Of a DNA stretch of 40,170 nt, positions 38,233-40,170 are shown piece after piece; position 1 is the stretch's first letter, and every line of letters begins with the position of its first letter. The notes beneath the pieces were generated by a model. The model was not told the DNA's origin. It ran no database searches and saw nothing but the letters and a program-made list of their open reading frames with translations. The stretch comes from an uncultured archaeon. GTDB lineage: Archaea; Asgardarchaeota; Lokiarchaeia; Sigyniarchaeales; SOKP01. The DNA is taken from the NCBI GenBank assembly GCA_964447495.1, contig CAYUTF010000012.1:1-40170 (forward strand), given 5' to 3'. Both the position numbers and the translations under genes were made by a program.

Positions 38233-39864
38233 TTAATTCAATAATTTTGAGACATAAGGTCCATCTAGTCTATATCCTAGAGCATAAAACCAATCTCTTG
38301 CACCAATTCCACTAATTACTGAAAGCTTTGTAGCATCAAAGTTCTCTAGAGCAATTCTTTCAGCATTATCCATCAATAATTTACCGAATCCTCGATGTTG
38401 AATTTGAGTATTTCTTCTTGGCTTTATGTCTTTTGGCACAATTTCTCCCACAACCCGTACTTCTCTAACAATCATCGTATTTCCATCATTTAATTCAGGT
38501 CGATGAGCTAATTCTGAAGGTTTTCTTAGTCTTAGATACCCAACCAGAAAATTTTCTTTTTCATTTTCATAAGATAAGAAAATCTCATTTCCCTGAGAAG
38601 CCTCATAATCCAATCTATTTAATTTGATATCCTGTAAATTATCTTCATCAATACTTACATTCTTTTTTAGTATCCCATATTCTCGACATCTTATACAATT
38701 GCAGACGGCATTATCTTTCTTTAACTTTTGCTGAACTAATTGTCGAAGATTGCTTTTATTACAACCAGCTTCTATTAATGGGGCAGGTATATCTCTCATA
38801 ATTCTTTGAATCCTTACATATGGAGGTAGCCGTTTTTTTACATTCGCTATTAAATCTACTAATTTTTCAGTGCTATATGGTGAATAGTTACCATTTTTCC
38901 ACCATGAATAGAGTTCAGTTCCCTTTAATACTAAACAAGGATAAATCTTTAACATATCAGGACGATAATTTGGATTTTCAAATAATTGGTTGAATGTTTC
39001 GAAATCCTTGTCATAATTTGAACCTGGTAAGTTTGGCATTATGTGAGCGTTGACTTTCAATCCCGCATCCTTAGCGATTCTTATTGCTTCAATACTTTCC
39101 TTTGAGGTGTGCCCTCGTTTTACAAGATCATAAATTTCATCATATATTGTTTGAATACCTAACTCAATTCGCGTAGTTCCATAATTTAACATTAGATCAA
39201 CATATTTTTCATTACAATAATCCGGTCTAGTTTCAATGGTAAGACCAATTAATCTCTTTTTTGATTTTTCTGCTAGAATTTTAACCGATTCCAAATTTGA
39301 TACATGTTTATTTAAAATTCCTTCATAAGCTCCTTTGATAAATTCTTCTTGATATTTTTTATCGGCAGAGAGAAAAGTTCCTCCCATAACTATTAATTCA
39401 ATTTTATCCACTTTGTGTCCAATAGCTTCCAAATCTTCTATTCTACTTCTGACTTGCTTAAATGCATCATAATTATTATGAATCGATCTCAATGCTGCAG
39501 GTTCTTGCCCTGTATATGATTGAGCAACTTTTTTTCCGGGTTGAGATTCCTGACCTGGGCAATAGATACATGATCCAGGACACGGAAGAGGTTTAGTCAT
39601 GATGGCAATAACAGAAACTCCAGATAATGTTCTGGTGATTCGTCGCTTTAGAATCGGGAGAATTTTATTTTCTTCATCTTGCTTCAAGAATTCTAATACT
39701 GTCGCATTCTTAATAACGCTATTATAATTGTATTTCTTAGCAAATTTCCCTTTTATATTAGTAACTTTTTCTTTGGAGATATTTGGATGTTTTAAAATGA
39801 ATTCAATAGTATCTCTAGCAATTCTTTTTATAATTTCTTTATTTTGGGGGAGTATTTTGTCCAT
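38233..39864 (-). CDS. elp3: Elp3 tRNA uridine(34) acetyltransferase (radical SAM + KAT)
   Basis: RTLSGV-x-VIAIMTKP-x-x-CP-x-x-CIYCP, QSYTG-x-EPA, MGGTF, ETRPD, KIYP, QRIMRDIP, CIRCRE, QHRGFGK, ISGIG-x-R. Confidence 0.97.
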   Translation of the reverse strand: MDKILPQNKEIIKRIARDTIEFILKHPNISKEKVTNIKGKFAKKYNYNSVIKNATVLEFLKQDEENKILPILKRRITRTLSGVSVIAIMTKPLPCPGSCIYCPGQESQPGKKVAQSYTGQEPAALRSIHNNYDAFKQVRSRIEDLEAIGHKVDKIELIVMGGTFLSADKKYQEEFIKGAYEGILNKHVSNLESVKILAEKSKKRLIGLTIETRPDYCNEKYVDLMLNYGTTRIELGIQTIYDEIYDLVKRGHTSKESIEAIRIAKDAGLKVNAHIMPNLPGSNYDKDFETFNQLFENPNYRPDMLKIYPCLVLKGTELYSWWKNGNYSPYSTEKLVDLIANVKKRLPPYVRIQRIMRDIPAPLIEAGCNKSNLRQLVQQKLKKDNAVCNCIRCREYGILKKNVSIDEDNLQDIKLNRLDYEASQGNEIFLSYENEKENFLVGYLRLRKPSELAHRPELNDGNTMIVREVRVVGEIVPKDIKPRRNTQIQHRGFGKLLMDNAERIALENFDATKLSVISGIGARDWFYALGYRLDGPYVSKLLN

Positions 39865-39904
39865 GAATATCAGATTCTATATACACTAAAGATTTTCATA
39901 TATA

Positions 39905-40170
39905 TTATTCGAGAGGGATTTTTTTTCCAGAAAGATCTCTCTTATATTTGCCAAAATCTTCCATTTCTCTTAATATTTTCGAATTAAAAACAGGCCCATC
40001 TTTGCAAACTAATAACCCTATTGGATCAACGGCACATAATCCACATAATCCACAACCACATCGCATTATACGTTCTAAGCTTGCTTGGAGTTCGATTTCC
40101 TTTTCTTCGCATACTTTAAAAATAGAATACATCATCTTTTCAGGACCACAAGTATAAACTGCTATTTTAG
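39905..40170 (-). CDS. pyrK: Dihydroorotate dehydrogenase electron transfer subunit (5'-truncated by window edge)
   Basis: VYTCGPEKMM...SLERIMRCGCGLCGLC...VCKDGPVF [2Fe-2S] motif. Confidence 0.88.
   Translation of the reverse strand, partial: KIAVYTCGPEKMMYSIFKVCEEKEIELQASLERIMRCGCGLCGLCAVDPIGLLVCKDGPVFNSKILREMEDFGKYKRDLSGKKIPLE

Noticed and set aside
7569-40157. Remaining short ORF-track entries overlapping called genes on the opposite strand (e.g. 8900-9313, 18500-18976, 34989-35294, 39948-40157)
   Set aside because: Shadow frames of real genes with no independent coding signal

Overview
AT-rich archaeal chromosomal window, almost certainly Asgard (Lokiarchaeia-like). The assignment rests on a profilin-like gene, a protein with the Loki-type 'EFWGHCSNLQAW' N-terminal domain and archaeal housekeeping synteny. 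Left part: a partial PfkA-family phosphofructokinase with the PPi-type signature, ZPR1, a four-subunit 2-oxoacid:ferredoxin oxidoreductase operon, tRNA-modification genes (TsaC/Sua5, THUMP, Cgi121, Pcc1), an ECF module and a DHH phosphoesterase. Centre: the proteasome/exosome superoperon (psmA-sdo1-rrp4-rrp41-rrp42 ... rpl37ae-pcc1-pfdB), split by an opposite-strand two-gene insert (RPH/PigC-architecture dikinase plus a tocopherol-cyclase-like protein), then profilin, DUF2110, four tRNAs and a JAB protein. Right part: two tandem RHH-HisKA-receiver regulators, an accessory block (about 25.0-32.4 kb), then rpl2, gatDE, an RHH-like protein, elp3 and a partial pyrK. Main findings: (1) three of four tRNAs carry BHB introns at non-canonical sites, including two homologous 31-nt T-loop introns in neighbouring tRNA-Ser and tRNA-Lys; (2) psmA and pfdB have no in-frame ATG/GTG/TTG ahead of their conserved N-termini and appear to start at ATA/ATT behind SD-like motifs; (3) a decayed 51-bp copy of the rpl2 3' end brackets a 2.3-kb membrane-protein gene, the footprint of an insertion into rpl2; (4) the paired regulators combine a DNA-binding RHH, a His-phosphoacceptor and a receiver, with no kinase ATPase domain. 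No CRISPR array, rRNA, transposase or integrase was seen. All family calls come from motif recognition, not database searches.
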